Assembly (NCBI GenBank): GCA_040006635.1
Contig: JBDTWO010000001.1
Location: 25,998 to 89,997, forward strand
Origin: Chloroflexota bacterium
GTDB taxonomy: Bacteria > Chloroflexota > Anaerolineae > Anaerolineales > Villigracilaceae
Direction: 5' to 3'
DNA length: 64,000 nt
A model generated the notes under the pieces. That model was given only the letters and a program-made list of their open reading frames with translations. It was not told the DNA's origin and did no database searches. Positions 18,780 to 27,902 of this stretch are shown here, one piece after another (position 1 is the stretch's first letter; each line of letters begins with the position of its first letter). A program made the translations under genes and the position numbers.

Positions 18780-19064
18780 ATGGCTGACGATCGAAGACCA
18801 TCAGAAGGCGGAGAGCGCGGCGGCGACCGCCGTTTCTTTGCAAAGCCCAAATTTTGTCAATTTTGCGCAGATAAGACCCTGACGATTGACTACAAAAAGA
18901 CCGACCTTCTCAGAAAATATATTACTGAAGAAGGCAACATCCGCCCGCGCCGCCAAACCGGTGCGTGCGCCAAACACCAGCGTGTGGTAGCGCAGGCTGT
19001 TAAACAAGCCCGCCACATCGCCCTGGTTCCTTTCACCGGCAAGCAGATGGAAGAAACCCGCTAG
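18780..19064 (+). CDS. rpsR: 30S ribosomal protein S18 (zinc-binding form)
   Basis: CQFC...IDYK...RRQTGACAKHQR. Confidence 0.97.
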   Translation: MADDRRPSEGGERGGDRRFFAKPKFCQFCADKTLTIDYKKTDLLRKYITEEGNIRPRRQTGACAKHQRVVAQAVKQARHIALVPFTGKQMEETR

Positions 19065-19148
19065 TCCTTAAACAAGCAAAGGCGGGGCATGTGAATCGTG
19101 CCATTTCGTGCACCGCATGCCCCGTTTTTGTTTTATGGAGTATTTCGA

Positions 19149-20507
19149 ATGGCAAAACAAAGTCCTACACCAAGAATCGTTTCCAAGAAACATGTTGCCC
19201 GCCTTGAACAGGAAAGACGACAAGTAAAACTTATTCAGACGATCTCGATCGCAGCGATTGTGATCGTTGTTCTGCTGGTTGTTTACGGAATTTTTGACAC
19301 CACCTATTTGAAGGCACGCAAACCGGTCGCTGAAGTCAACGGCGAGAAGATCCTGCTTAATTACTGGCAGGAACGCCTGCAGCTCACCCGTCTCAACATG
19401 GCGAACAACCTGCAGCAATACCAGTATTATCAACAGAACTTCGGCATGGATATGTCGCAGCAGATCCAGCAGTTACAGTTATATTTGCAGATTCCTGAAA
19501 CGTTGGGACAGCAGGTCCTTGACCAATTGGTCAACGAAGCCTTGATCCGCCAGGAAGCTAAAAAACGCGGCATTACCGTCACCGCCGCAGAAGTCGAAGC
19601 CAAGATCCAGGGTTCCCTTAATTTCTACCCCGACGGAACACCAACACCCACTGTCACACCCACTGGGATCAGTTTCCCAACATTGACCACTGAGCAGCTC
19701 TTGCAGTATCCGATAACTTCCACACCGACTGAGGTGTTGACAGCCACTCCTGCGCCTACTAACACGCCCGATGTTGCCGCAGTAGCCACATCCGCTGCCT
19801 CACCTGCCACACCGACGTTCATCCCCGAACCGGCCACTGCTACAGCCACACCTTTCACCCTGGATGGCTTCAAGACAGAATATGGAAAGTCACTTGATAA
19901 TCTCAAAGGCTTTGGGATCAGCGAAGCGACATTCCGTTCCGTGTACGAAAACCAACTGTATCGCGAAAAAGTTCTGGCTGAGATCACGAAGGATGCCCCA
20001 AGCACAGAGGAGCAAGTACTAGCGCGCCACATTCTCGTGGATGATGCCCAACTGGCAGGCGCCATTTATGCCCTTGCGAACAGCGGACAGGATTTCGCCG
20101 AGCTCGCCAAAAAGTATTCTAAAGATACCGGCTCCGGCGCCAACGGCGGAGAGCTTGGTTGGTTCGGAAAAGGCGCGATGGTTGCTGAATTCGAACAAGC
20201 CGCTTTCAGCCAGCCCATCGGTGAGATCGGAAAGCCTGTAAAAAGTCAGTTCGGCTATCACATCATTCAGGTCATCGCGCGCGAAAACCTGCCTGCAAAC
20301 GCCACCCAAATCGAGCAGAACAAGCAAACTGCTTTAACCGACTGGCTGACCAAGACCAGTGATGATGCCAAGGCTGCTGGTGCTCTCACCACTTATGATG
20401 ATATCTGGAAAGGCGCGATACCTGCGCTCCCAGATGCACTCGCACAACTGCTTCAACAACAGCAACAACAGCAGCCACCAGTCCAATTACCAACACAACA
20501 GCCGTAA
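19149..20507 (+). CDS. Membrane-anchored parvulin/PrsA-SurA-like peptidylprolyl isomerase
   Basis: TM helix, SurA N-domain, ARHILV, LAKKYSKD, GGELGWF, SQFGYHII. Confidence 0.9.
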   Translation: MAKQSPTPRIVSKKHVARLEQERRQVKLIQTISIAAIVIVVLLVVYGIFDTTYLKARKPVAEVNGEKILLNYWQERLQLTRLNMANNLQQYQYYQQNFGMDMSQQIQQLQLYLQIPETLGQQVLDQLVNEALIRQEAKKRGITVTAAEVEAKIQGSLNFYPDGTPTPTVTPTGISFPTLTTEQLLQYPITSTPTEVLTATPAPTNTPDVAAVATSAASPATPTFIPEPATATATPFTLDGFKTEYGKSLDNLKGFGISEATFRSVYENQLYREKVLAEITKDAPSTEEQVLARHILVDDAQLAGAIYALANSGQDFAELAKKYSKDTGSGANGGELGWFGKGAMVAEFEQAAFSQPIGEIGKPVKSQFGYHIIQVIARENLPANATQIEQNKQTALTDWLTKTSDDAKAAGALTTYDDIWKGAIPALPDALAQLLQQQQQQQPPVQLPTQQP

Positions 20508-20530
20508 TTCAAATGCTAGATCGTTGAATA

Positions 20531-20563
20531 AAAAATTGCCCGCTCAAATGAGCGGGCAATTTT
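20531..20563. terminator. Bidirectional intrinsic terminator
   Basis: AAAATTGCCCGCTCA / TGAGCGGGCAATTTT between convergent genes. Confidence 0.85.
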
Positions 20564-20580
20564 GCATCTATACCACTGAA

Positions 20581-23500
20581 TCATCCCCGCTTCAACATAT
20601 CATCGGTGACTTGGTCCAACCGGAGGCTAATCATCTGACTTGCCGAGTCGCGTCCCATCGTGATACCGTAGATGATGTCCGCGACCTGAACGGTATTGCG
20701 GTTATGTGTGATGACGATGAACTGTGTCTCTTTGCTGAGTTCTTGTAAGAGATCACGGAAGCGCCCCACGTTCGCCTCATCCAACATCGCATCCACTTCA
20801 TCCATCACGCAGACGGGTGTCGGCGAAACTTTGAGTAACGCAAATACTAATGCCACCGCAGTCAGACTTCTTTCGCCACCCGAGAGCAACGCCAGTCCCT
20901 GCTCACGGCGACCCGGCAGACGTGCTTCGATCTCAATACCGGTTTCCACTAAGTTATCGGGGTCGGTCAAAGCCAAACGCGCGGAACCGCCGCCGAACAA
21001 CCGTGTGAACATCGCCCGGAAAGCTTTGTCCACGGCGTCAAAAGTTTTGGAGAACTCCTGCTTGGTGAGGTTATCCAATTCTGCGATGACTAACTTCAGA
21101 TCTTCTTCAGCCTTTCGCAGATCATCCACTTGCGCGCGCATGAACGAATAACGTTCCGACTCTTTCTCGAACTCCTGCTTCGCTTCGGGATTGATCGGAC
21201 CCATGCGCCGCACCTGTGTGCGTTGACGTGCTAATTGTGATTCAAGTTCTGGTGAAACTTCAGTCACCACCGGCAGCTCTTCGACCATGCCTTCAAATGG
21301 CAACGGCACCGGACCCGAAACATCTTCGGCATAATCGAACATCACTAAACCAAAATCATCCGTGATCTTCTGGCGCAAATTATCCAGCGCTTCCTGTTTA
21401 CGCAATTGCTCCAACTGCACTTGACCCGCTAAACGCTCGGCCGTTGCCAGCGCGCGCTGGGCATTGGCTTCGCCATCCTGCAAACGCACTTCTTCAACTT
21501 CGGCAGTTTCCAGATCTTTTTCAGCCGGGTCAACATACACACGCAAAGCTTCGATCTGTTCACGCAACAAACCTTCGCGCGCATGTAATGTACTTTTATT
21601 TTCATCCAAACCCACCAGCGAAGTCTCAGCTTCATTCAGACGTGTCGTCAACTCAAAACCGCGCGTATCAAATTTCTCGCTGTCTTTCCGGCGTTCTTCT
21701 TTTCGCGCTGCCGCATCTGTCACAGCGCGTTCGGCAACTGCCACACGCGTACTCCAATATGAAGACAACCCTTGCGCTTCCACCAAATCAGCTTCGCCGT
21801 ATTGTGTCGTCAACATACGGACTTCTTCGTTCGTCTTCGCCGACTCAGCTTCCACTTCAGTTTGTGACTGCAACAGATTCATGCGGATCGAAGCCGCATC
21901 ATCCGCTTCAGCCTTCAACTGGACATACTGACTCTTCTGCCACTCCAACTCACGCCGCACCGATTCAGACTCAAGACTAGCCTGCTTCTCGTATCCTTCC
22001 GCCTCATCCAAGCGGACACGGGTCTCGCGCACGGCAGACTCGGCACCAGTCAATTCACGTTGTGCGTCAGTGATCTGAGCGGAAAGCACATCCACTTCAC
22101 CGTTCAGGGACTCGATCTGCGCGCCCAAAGAGGCTAAGGATTCGGTCAATTCCCGTTTTTGGCGCGGACGACTTAAGGCTGAGGAAGAAGCGGACTTCCC
22201 AGCGATGATCAAGCCATCACCACGGAAGACCTCTCCCAGCAACGTCACCACACGCGCGTGAGTCGGCATATCCTTAATTAATCTACGAGCGGTTGTACGA
22301 TTACGAACAACCAAAGTTTGACCCAGCATCAACTGAACAGCCGCGCGCAAGTCTTCGGGTGCGTTAACGAGTTCGGAAGCAACGCCAAGACAATCCTCAT
22401 CGTTAGGCTTCGCAAGCGGCTGACGGCTGTTCTCTTCAAGCGGCAGCAGAACCGCCCGCCCCACTTCTCCAGACTCAAGCAACTGCAGGGCATCTTCGAC
22501 CTCGCCCGCATCGAGCATTACAGCATCGAGCGTATCACCCAGCGCGGCGGCAATTGCGACTTCAAGCTCAGCGGGGACATCGAGCGCCGCGCTCAAGGCA
22601 CCGCGCGCACCCTTGAGACGGGACTGACGTGCCGCATCGAGCAGGAAGCGTGCACCCTCAGCATAACCTGCTAGTGATTGTTCAGCCTGCTCCAGGACTT
22701 CGAATTGCGCATTCAAACGCGTGTGTGCCGCCAGAAGATTCGTACGCTCTTCTGATCTGGCACGCCGCTCACTTTCAAGTGTCTCAACAGCTTTCTTGCT
22801 GTTTGCTTCTTTTTCTTGCGCCAGCCTTAATTGCGATTCTATTTCTTCGCGCTTCTTGCGGGCATCAGCATATTTATCACCCAGATTGCGCGCAATTGCT
22901 TCAGCAGTTTCAATGGCTTTGTTCGCGCCATCCAAGCGGACCTGCAAACTTTCCAAACGCGATTTCAATTCATCCAAACGCGCCTGTGATTCGGCACGTT
23001 GGGCATTTCGTTTTTCGATTTGAGCACGCGCGGCTAATAATTTCTCTTCGATCTCCGAGCGGCTGGATTGTTTAATCTGCAATGCTTGTTGAGCATCGGC
23101 ATATTGTTTTCGGGCTTCATCGTATTCGGCTTGTAAACGCGCGGCTTCCTGTTCTACTTCGGCAAGGCGTTCGCGCGCGACCTTCTCTTCGTCAGAAGCG
23201 CGTTCTTTATCAGCAACTACTGAAGATTGGATCGTCAACAATGAACGGCGGCGTTCTTCGAGCACTGCCAGCTCACGACTGACTTCTTCACGTTGATTAT
23301 GCAAATCAGCAGATTGACGATGCCAGGCATTGAGTTGGGCGCGCAAGCCGGTAAGTCTTTCACGGAAGGTGTTGTATTCTTCTTGTGCCTTCGTATGAAG
23401 TTCGCGCGTCTCTTGCAAACGTGCTTCCTGCCCTTTTACGACTTCGCGCGAATCGGTCAATTCGCGTTGGGCATGATGCCAGTGGTAACCATACCATTCA

Positions 23501-24186
23501 CGTAAAATAATCTTGAGATCGGCTTGTGCGCGCCCGAACTCAATGGCGCGTTTCGCCTGACGCTCCAAACTGCGTAAACGCGGTTCGAGTTCAGAGAGGA
23601 TATCAAGCACGCGTTCAAGATTATGTTTCGTGCTTTCAAGTCGTTTGACAGCTTCTTCACGGCGAATACGATACAGACCCACCCCGGCTGCTTCTTCAAA
23701 TAACTTGCGACGATCCTCAGCCTTCAAAGCCAGCGACGCATCTACAAGTCCCTGACCGAGGATGGTATAGGTGCGATCCGCCAAGCCTGAGGCAGCCAGC
23801 AATTCATTGAGATCGCGCAAGCGGACATTCTGACCGTTGAGCAAATAATCGTTGTGACCATCACGATAGGCGCGGCGCGTCATGGCGACTTCGGTAAAAT
23901 CCACGGGCAGCCAGCCATCGGTGTTATCGAATGTAATGTGCGCCGAAGCCATACTCGCGCGCGCGCGGTGCTCGGAACCGTTGAAGATCATGTCTTCGGT
24001 CTTTTTGCCGCGCAATAATGAATACGATTGCTCACCCAATACCCAGCGCAGGGAATCAGCAACGTTCGATTTGCCGGAACCATTGGGTCCGACGATGGCG
24101 GTGATCCCACTCGCGAACTCGAAGACTGTCTTCGTGGCGAATGTTTTATAACCTTGTAGTTCGAGTGATTTTAAGCGTAAAGGCAT
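20581..24186 (-). CDS. smc: Chromosome segregation protein SMC
   Basis: GPNGSGKSN, long coiled coils, hinge, LSGGE, DEVDAMLD. Confidence 0.97.
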   Translation of the reverse strand: MPLRLKSLELQGYKTFATKTVFEFASGITAIVGPNGSGKSNVADSLRWVLGEQSYSLLRGKKTEDMIFNGSEHRARASMASAHITFDNTDGWLPVDFTEVAMTRRAYRDGHNDYLLNGQNVRLRDLNELLAASGLADRTYTILGQGLVDASLALKAEDRRKLFEEAAGVGLYRIRREEAVKRLESTKHNLERVLDILSELEPRLRSLERQAKRAIEFGRAQADLKIILREWYGYHWHHAQRELTDSREVVKGQEARLQETRELHTKAQEEYNTFRERLTGLRAQLNAWHRQSADLHNQREEVSRELAVLEERRRSLLTIQSSVVADKERASDEEKVARERLAEVEQEAARLQAEYDEARKQYADAQQALQIKQSSRSEIEEKLLAARAQIEKRNAQRAESQARLDELKSRLESLQVRLDGANKAIETAEAIARNLGDKYADARKKREEIESQLRLAQEKEANSKKAVETLESERRARSEERTNLLAAHTRLNAQFEVLEQAEQSLAGYAEGARFLLDAARQSRLKGARGALSAALDVPAELEVAIAAALGDTLDAVMLDAGEVEDALQLLESGEVGRAVLLPLEENSRQPLAKPNDEDCLGVASELVNAPEDLRAAVQLMLGQTLVVRNRTTARRLIKDMPTHARVVTLLGEVFRGDGLIIAGKSASSSALSRPRQKRELTESLASLGAQIESLNGEVDVLSAQITDAQRELTGAESAVRETRVRLDEAEGYEKQASLESESVRRELEWQKSQYVQLKAEADDAASIRMNLLQSQTEVEAESAKTNEEVRMLTTQYGEADLVEAQGLSSYWSTRVAVAERAVTDAAARKEERRKDSEKFDTRGFELTTRLNEAETSLVGLDENKSTLHAREGLLREQIEALRVYVDPAEKDLETAEVEEVRLQDGEANAQRALATAERLAGQVQLEQLRKQEALDNLRQKITDDFGLVMFDYAEDVSGPVPLPFEGMVEELPVVTEVSPELESQLARQRTQVRRMGPINPEAKQEFEKESERYSFMRAQVDDLRKAEEDLKLVIAELDNLTKQEFSKTFDAVDKAFRAMFTRLFGGGSARLALTDPDNLVETGIEIEARLPGRREQGLALLSGGERSLTAVALVFALLKVSPTPVCVMDEVDAMLDEANVGRFRDLLQELSKETQFIVITHNRNTVQVADIIYGITMGRDSASQMISLRLDQVTDDMLKRG

Positions 24187-24195
24187 ATAGTTATT

Positions 24196-24759
24196 TCAAT
24201 TCGTTGCTTCATTAATATTTAAGATGTTTTCCTCGTCCACTATTATTCCTCTTCGGAGAAGAGAGTCATATATCCACGCTACTACTCCAATGAAGAGATA
24301 ACCAATGGCAATCGATGCTGGAAATATACATATCATGATAGAACTGGGAATATCGTCGCCAAGATAATTTATTTTAGAGAACAAACCAAAATATACTATA
24401 AGAGCATAGAGTACGGTTATCAACAAAGCCAAAAAGATAGGTGCCCACATAAATACTTTATATATTTGCGATTTTTCTTTTTTTAGACTCCAAGCCCAAA
24501 TGAAGACAGCTAAGATTGTATATGGGAGTAACCAATATGGCGCGCCTAAAAAATAAATGATACAAACTATCATTAATGTTCCTAACAATAAACCAAACAC
24601 AAACTGAAATACTTGAATAAATACCGGCAAATCTATAGGGGCTTCAGAATTAACGTAATTGGAGCCAATATTAAAAGAAAAAAAGGGAAACAATACAATG
24701 AGAACAAAATAAGGAATAAGCAATGCCAGCCTATAAAATTTTGGGGATGAAATTTTCAT
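24196..24759 (-). CDS. AT-rich multi-TM hypothetical protein inserted between rnc and smc
   Basis: 187-aa open frame with about 5 hydrophobic segments; visibly AT-richer than its neighbours. Confidence 0.7.
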   Translation of the reverse strand: MKISSPKFYRLALLIPYFVLIVLFPFFSFNIGSNYVNSEAPIDLPVFIQVFQFVFGLLLGTLMIVCIIYFLGAPYWLLPYTILAVFIWAWSLKKEKSQIYKVFMWAPIFLALLITVLYALIVYFGLFSKINYLGDDIPSSIMICIFPASIAIGYLFIGVVAWIYDSLLRRGIIVDEENILNINEATN

Positions 24760-24761
24760 TG

Positions 24762-25466
24762 CTACAACCCTAATTTCTTCAAAGCATCCATTGCCGCGGC
24801 ATGTTGGGCAGTGTGTTTACTCGTGCCGCGCCCAGAGCCAACCACGCGCTCGCCGATCACAACTTCCACTTCAAATTCTTTGGCATGGTCGGGTCCGGTC
24901 ATGCTGACGGTGCGATAGTGCGGGGCGCTCATCTTTTGCGCCTGTGCCCATTCCTGTAATTGGCTTTTGGGGTCGTGGATCTTGGTCAGGACAGATTCGC
25001 GCGCACCCTCCAATAATGGACTGACGAACGCTTCCACCGCACCCAAGCCTGCATCCAAATAAATGGCTCCGATCACCGCTTCAAACGTGGACCCCAACAA
25101 ACCGTCGCGGTGACTTCCGCCTGTGGCAAATTCTCCACGCCCGAGGCGCAGGGCATCACCCAATTTCAGGTGACGGGCAAAGACTGCGAGCTGGTCATTG
25201 CGGACAATCGCTGAGCGCATCTTGGTCAGGTCACCTTCGGGCATTTCGGGGAAGCGGTTATAGACCCATGCGCCGACAATGAAATCGAGAACAGCATCAC
25301 CGAGGAATTCGAGGCGTTCGTTATCTTCGGGCGAGGCTGGATTCTCGTTGACGTAGGAACGGTGCGTAAGAGCACGCGTCAGCAAAGATAAATTTGAAAA
25401 GGACAGATTCAGGCGTCGGCTGAGTGCGGATGCGGATTCGAAATCCTGCATTTCGTGCTGATTCAT
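24762..25466 (-). CDS. rnc: Ribonuclease III
   Basis: NERLEFLGDAVL signature and C-terminal dsRBD. Confidence 0.97.
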   Translation of the reverse strand: MNQHEMQDFESASALSRRLNLSFSNLSLLTRALTHRSYVNENPASPEDNERLEFLGDAVLDFIVGAWVYNRFPEMPEGDLTKMRSAIVRNDQLAVFARHLKLGDALRLGRGEFATGGSHRDGLLGSTFEAVIGAIYLDAGLGAVEAFVSPLLEGARESVLTKIHDPKSQLQEWAQAQKMSAPHYRTVSMTGPDHAKEFEVEVVIGERVVGSGRGTSKHTAQHAAAMDALKKLGL

Positions 25467-25499
25467 TTCGTCATCTCCCGGAACTCAGGGAACATCAAC

Positions 25500-25548
25500 C
25501 CCTCACCCCAACCCCTCTCCCAATGGGAGAGGGGCGAAGGGGTGAGGG
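25500..25548. repeat. CCCTCACCCC..CCCTCTCCC/GGGAGAGGG..GGGGTGAGGG REP
   Basis: Nested inverted repeats; same family as the core of the 43703-44722 repeats. Confidence 0.8.
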
Positions 25549-25643
25549 AGTTCACATTCCATCAGTTCCAAATATTTAGCGAGCCGAATTGTATCATGAG
25601 AGCAAAATTAAGATACAATCAGCCGAATTTGGTGGAGGCATTT

Positions 25644-26576
25644 GTGACAGAGATAAGCAGTGAAACCCGCTTTTTACACGCGGTTGAAATGGGGCTCGGC
25701 GCCTGGCAATGGGGCGACCGGATGGTCTGGCAATATGGACAGGGCTACGGTGACGAAGATGTGCACAAGGCGTTTTTAGCCAGCGTGAATGAGGGCATAC
25801 GCTTCGTAGATACGGCTGAAGTGTATGGGAGCGGGCGGTCAGAACGCTTGCTGGGAGAGTTTCTCAAGCAAACCGATCAACCGATCCTGGTAGCAACAAA
25901 GTATGCGCCCATGCCCTGGAGATTCGGGAAGAAGGCTGTGCCCAATGCACTGAAGGCAAGTCTTGAGCGGCTGGGTGGTGAAAGTGTGGATTTGTATCAG
26001 ATCCATTTTCCCGGCATGACGATGAGTACCGACACACTGATGGAAGGCTTATCAGAGTGCGTAAAGAGTGGCATGACGCGGACCGTAGGCGTCTCAAACT
26101 TTGGGCAGACACTCATGCTGGCGGCTTACTCGGCACTGGCACGGCAGAATATTCCGCTGGCTTCGAATCAGGTCCACTATAGTTTATTGAACCGCACGAT
26201 AGAGAAAGACGGCACGTTGGCACGCTGTAAAGAGCTTGGTATCCGTTTGATCGCTTATAGCCCGCTGGAGAAAGGTTTGCTCAGCGGGAAATACAGTCCG
26301 AGTAACCCGCCCTCAGGTGTACGCAACCGTGAATATGCTAAATTGCTCACAAAGATCCAACCTTTGATCAATTTGTTGACCACGATCGGGCAGGACCATG
26401 GCGGCAAGACTAATGCACAGGTGGCATTGAACTGGACGATCTGTAAGGGCACACTCCCGATCCCCGGCGCAAAAAATGAAAGTCAAGCCCATCAAAACGC
26501 TGGCGCCCTCGGCTGGAAGTTAACCGATGACGAGGTCGCAAAACTGGACGAGGCTAGTGATCTGGTTATGGGATAG
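25644..26576 (+). CDS. Aldo/keto reductase
   Basis: GLGAWQWGD, DTAEVYG, VATK, DLYQIH, GVSNF, IAYSPL, IPGAK; GTG start after GGAGG. Confidence 0.93.
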   Translation: MTEISSETRFLHAVEMGLGAWQWGDRMVWQYGQGYGDEDVHKAFLASVNEGIRFVDTAEVYGSGRSERLLGEFLKQTDQPILVATKYAPMPWRFGKKAVPNALKASLERLGGESVDLYQIHFPGMTMSTDTLMEGLSECVKSGMTRTVGVSNFGQTLMLAAYSALARQNIPLASNQVHYSLLNRTIEKDGTLARCKELGIRLIAYSPLEKGLLSGKYSPSNPPSGVRNREYAKLLTKIQPLINLLTTIGQDHGGKTNAQVALNWTICKGTLPIPGAKNESQAHQNAGALGWKLTDDEVAKLDEASDLVMG

Positions 26577-26610
26577 CAAAACCGCCCGCTGATTGCGGGC
26601 GGTTTTGCTA
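26574..26610. terminator. Bidirectional terminator
   Basis: TAGCAAAACCGCCCGC / GCGGGCGGTTTTGCTA. Confidence 0.85.
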
Positions 26611-26622
26611 ACTGTATCCGTA

Positions 26623-27012
26623 CTATTCCTTCATTCTGGGTTTCAAGAACAACATAAATCCATAACCAAGAGAGGAAAGTGCAAAAAGCACGATCGGTAT
26701 CCAACCATTGATACGGACTACGCCGCTAGCCGGGGAGACACCGATGATAACCACAACCAATCCAATAATTGAGCTGACGAACATGACCACGCCCATCTGT
26801 TTTTGAATATTGGCATCGGGGATATTTTTCGCAAACCACAAAAGTAATCCAATGGTGAAGGCTGCCAATCCAAAGAGACGCGCTACAAAGATCGTCGCCG
26901 CATACTTCTCTGTGCCAAACTGATCCAATCCAATAGCGGGGACAAATAACAGGGCTAACCCAACAACAATTGCAACAAGCGCATTCAGTACGAACAACAC
27001 TTTATAACCCAT
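26623..27012 (-). CDS. Four-TM hypothetical membrane protein
   Basis: AGGAG RBS; four hydrophobic segments. Confidence 0.75.
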   Translation of the reverse strand: MGYKVLFVLNALVAIVVGLALLFVPAIGLDQFGTEKYAATIFVARLFGLAAFTIGLLLWFAKNIPDANIQKQMGVVMFVSSIIGLVVVIIGVSPASGVVRINGWIPIVLFALSSLGYGFMLFLKPRMKE

Positions 27013-27172
27013 TTGATTCTCCTTGTATGAAGTATGGGAACGACAGAATAAATATACAACATTTAAGAACGGATTGGAGACGGTTATAAAACAAAATACC
27101 TTACATCAGCCTTACATTCAGCAAGGAACCTCAAGTAAAATTAGTCAACTTTTATTCATAAGGAGAACATCT

Positions 27173-27610
27173 ATGGATCCTATTGCTATCTTGACCGGTT
27201 TAGTAAGTGCACTTGGAGGTTTATTGGGTTTGTTTGGGGGATTATGTGCGTGCATTGTGCCGGTGGTTTTACTCATTGGCTTTGGTATATTCATGTATCG
27301 CCGCAATCAGCAGGGACAGGCGGCAAAACAAGCCGCACAAGCCTGGCCCGGTACAATGGGAACCGTGTTATCGTCCAGTGTGGAATCGCGCCGGACAGGC
27401 AACAGCATGTCGACGTATCCCGTTGTTGTATATCAATATCAAGTGAACGGACAGGTTTATCAAGGTCAAACAATTAAGGCTGGCGAACAATTCTTCAATG
27501 TGCGTGTGATCGGAGATGCGCAAGCTACCGCTGCGCGCTACCAGGTTGGTGCGCAGGTGATGGTTTATTACAACCCTGCCAACCCGCAAGAATCCGCACT
27601 GGAAAGATAA
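27173..27610 (+). CDS. DUF3592-family membrane protein
   Basis: TM helix, W..T.GTV, YPVVVYQYQVNG, VxYNPxNPxxSxL; start ATG 27173 after AAGGAG. Confidence 0.85.
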   Translation: MDPIAILTGLVSALGGLLGLFGGLCACIVPVVLLIGFGIFMYRRNQQGQAAKQAAQAWPGTMGTVLSSSVESRRTGNSMSTYPVVVYQYQVNGQVYQGQTIKAGEQFFNVRVIGDAQATAARYQVGAQVMVYYNPANPQESALER

Positions 27611-27615
27611 TCCTG

Positions 27616-27624
27616 TGCTATAAT
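27616..27624 (+). promoter_or_regulatory. Extended -10 promoter of the aspS leader
   Basis: TGCTATAAT (TGn-TATAAT) ending 9 nt before the leader ATG. Confidence 0.7.
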
Positions 27625-27633
27625 GCCGCCATT

Positions 27634-27717
27634 ATGAAATATGGTCTACCCTTCGCCAATAATAGCAATAATAATGATAATGACGATGATCCTTATCGTT
27701 GGGCGAAGCATTGCTAG
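27634..27717 (+). CDS. Asn/Asp-rich leader peptide MKYGLPFANNSNNNDNDDDPYRWAKHC
   Basis: Manual translation; 6 Asn + 4 Asp in 11 consecutive codons; directly upstream of aspS-gatCAB. Confidence 0.8.
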   Translation: MKYGLPFANNSNNNDNDDDPYRWAKHC

Positions 27718-27780
27718 TTGACGGATAACTCAAGTCACACCAAATCGCCCAACGCAAATCGCGAAGGGCGATTTATTTTA
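27651..27780 (+). promoter_or_regulatory. Transcription attenuator (anti-antiterminator / antiterminator / terminator)
   Basis: CTTCGCC 27651-57 pairs with GGCGAAG 27702-08; CGTTGGGCGA 27697-706 pairs perfectly with TCGCCCAACG 27745-54; AAATCGCCC 27742-50 pairs with GGGCGATTT 27766-74, followed by ATTTTA. Confidence 0.8.
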
Positions 27781-27797
27781 TCTACATCACACTACCC

Positions 27798-27879
27798 GTC
27801 ATTGCGAGAAGCCCAAAGGGCGACGAAGCAATCTCACCTTAGCGAGGAGATTGCTTCGGGCTAACGCCCTCGCAATGAC
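27798..27879. repeat. Complete GTCATTGCGAG...CTCGCAATGAC REP element
   Basis: Terminal inverted repeat plus internal GAAGCAATCTC / GAGATTGCTTC. Confidence 0.9.
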
Positions 27880-27902
27880 AGACAAAACTCTGGAGGCAAA
27901 CC

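Noticed and set aside
20440-20507. Poly-Gln tail of the PPIase and PE/PD hexamer linker at 60510-60570
   Set aside because: Ordinary low-complexity linkers or tails with mixed codons; no sign of a phase-variable tract.
27611-27797. T-box riboswitch upstream of aspS
   Set aside because: No T-box consensus (AAGGTGGxACC-like) or long stem I was seen; the leader ORF and alternative stems explain the region.
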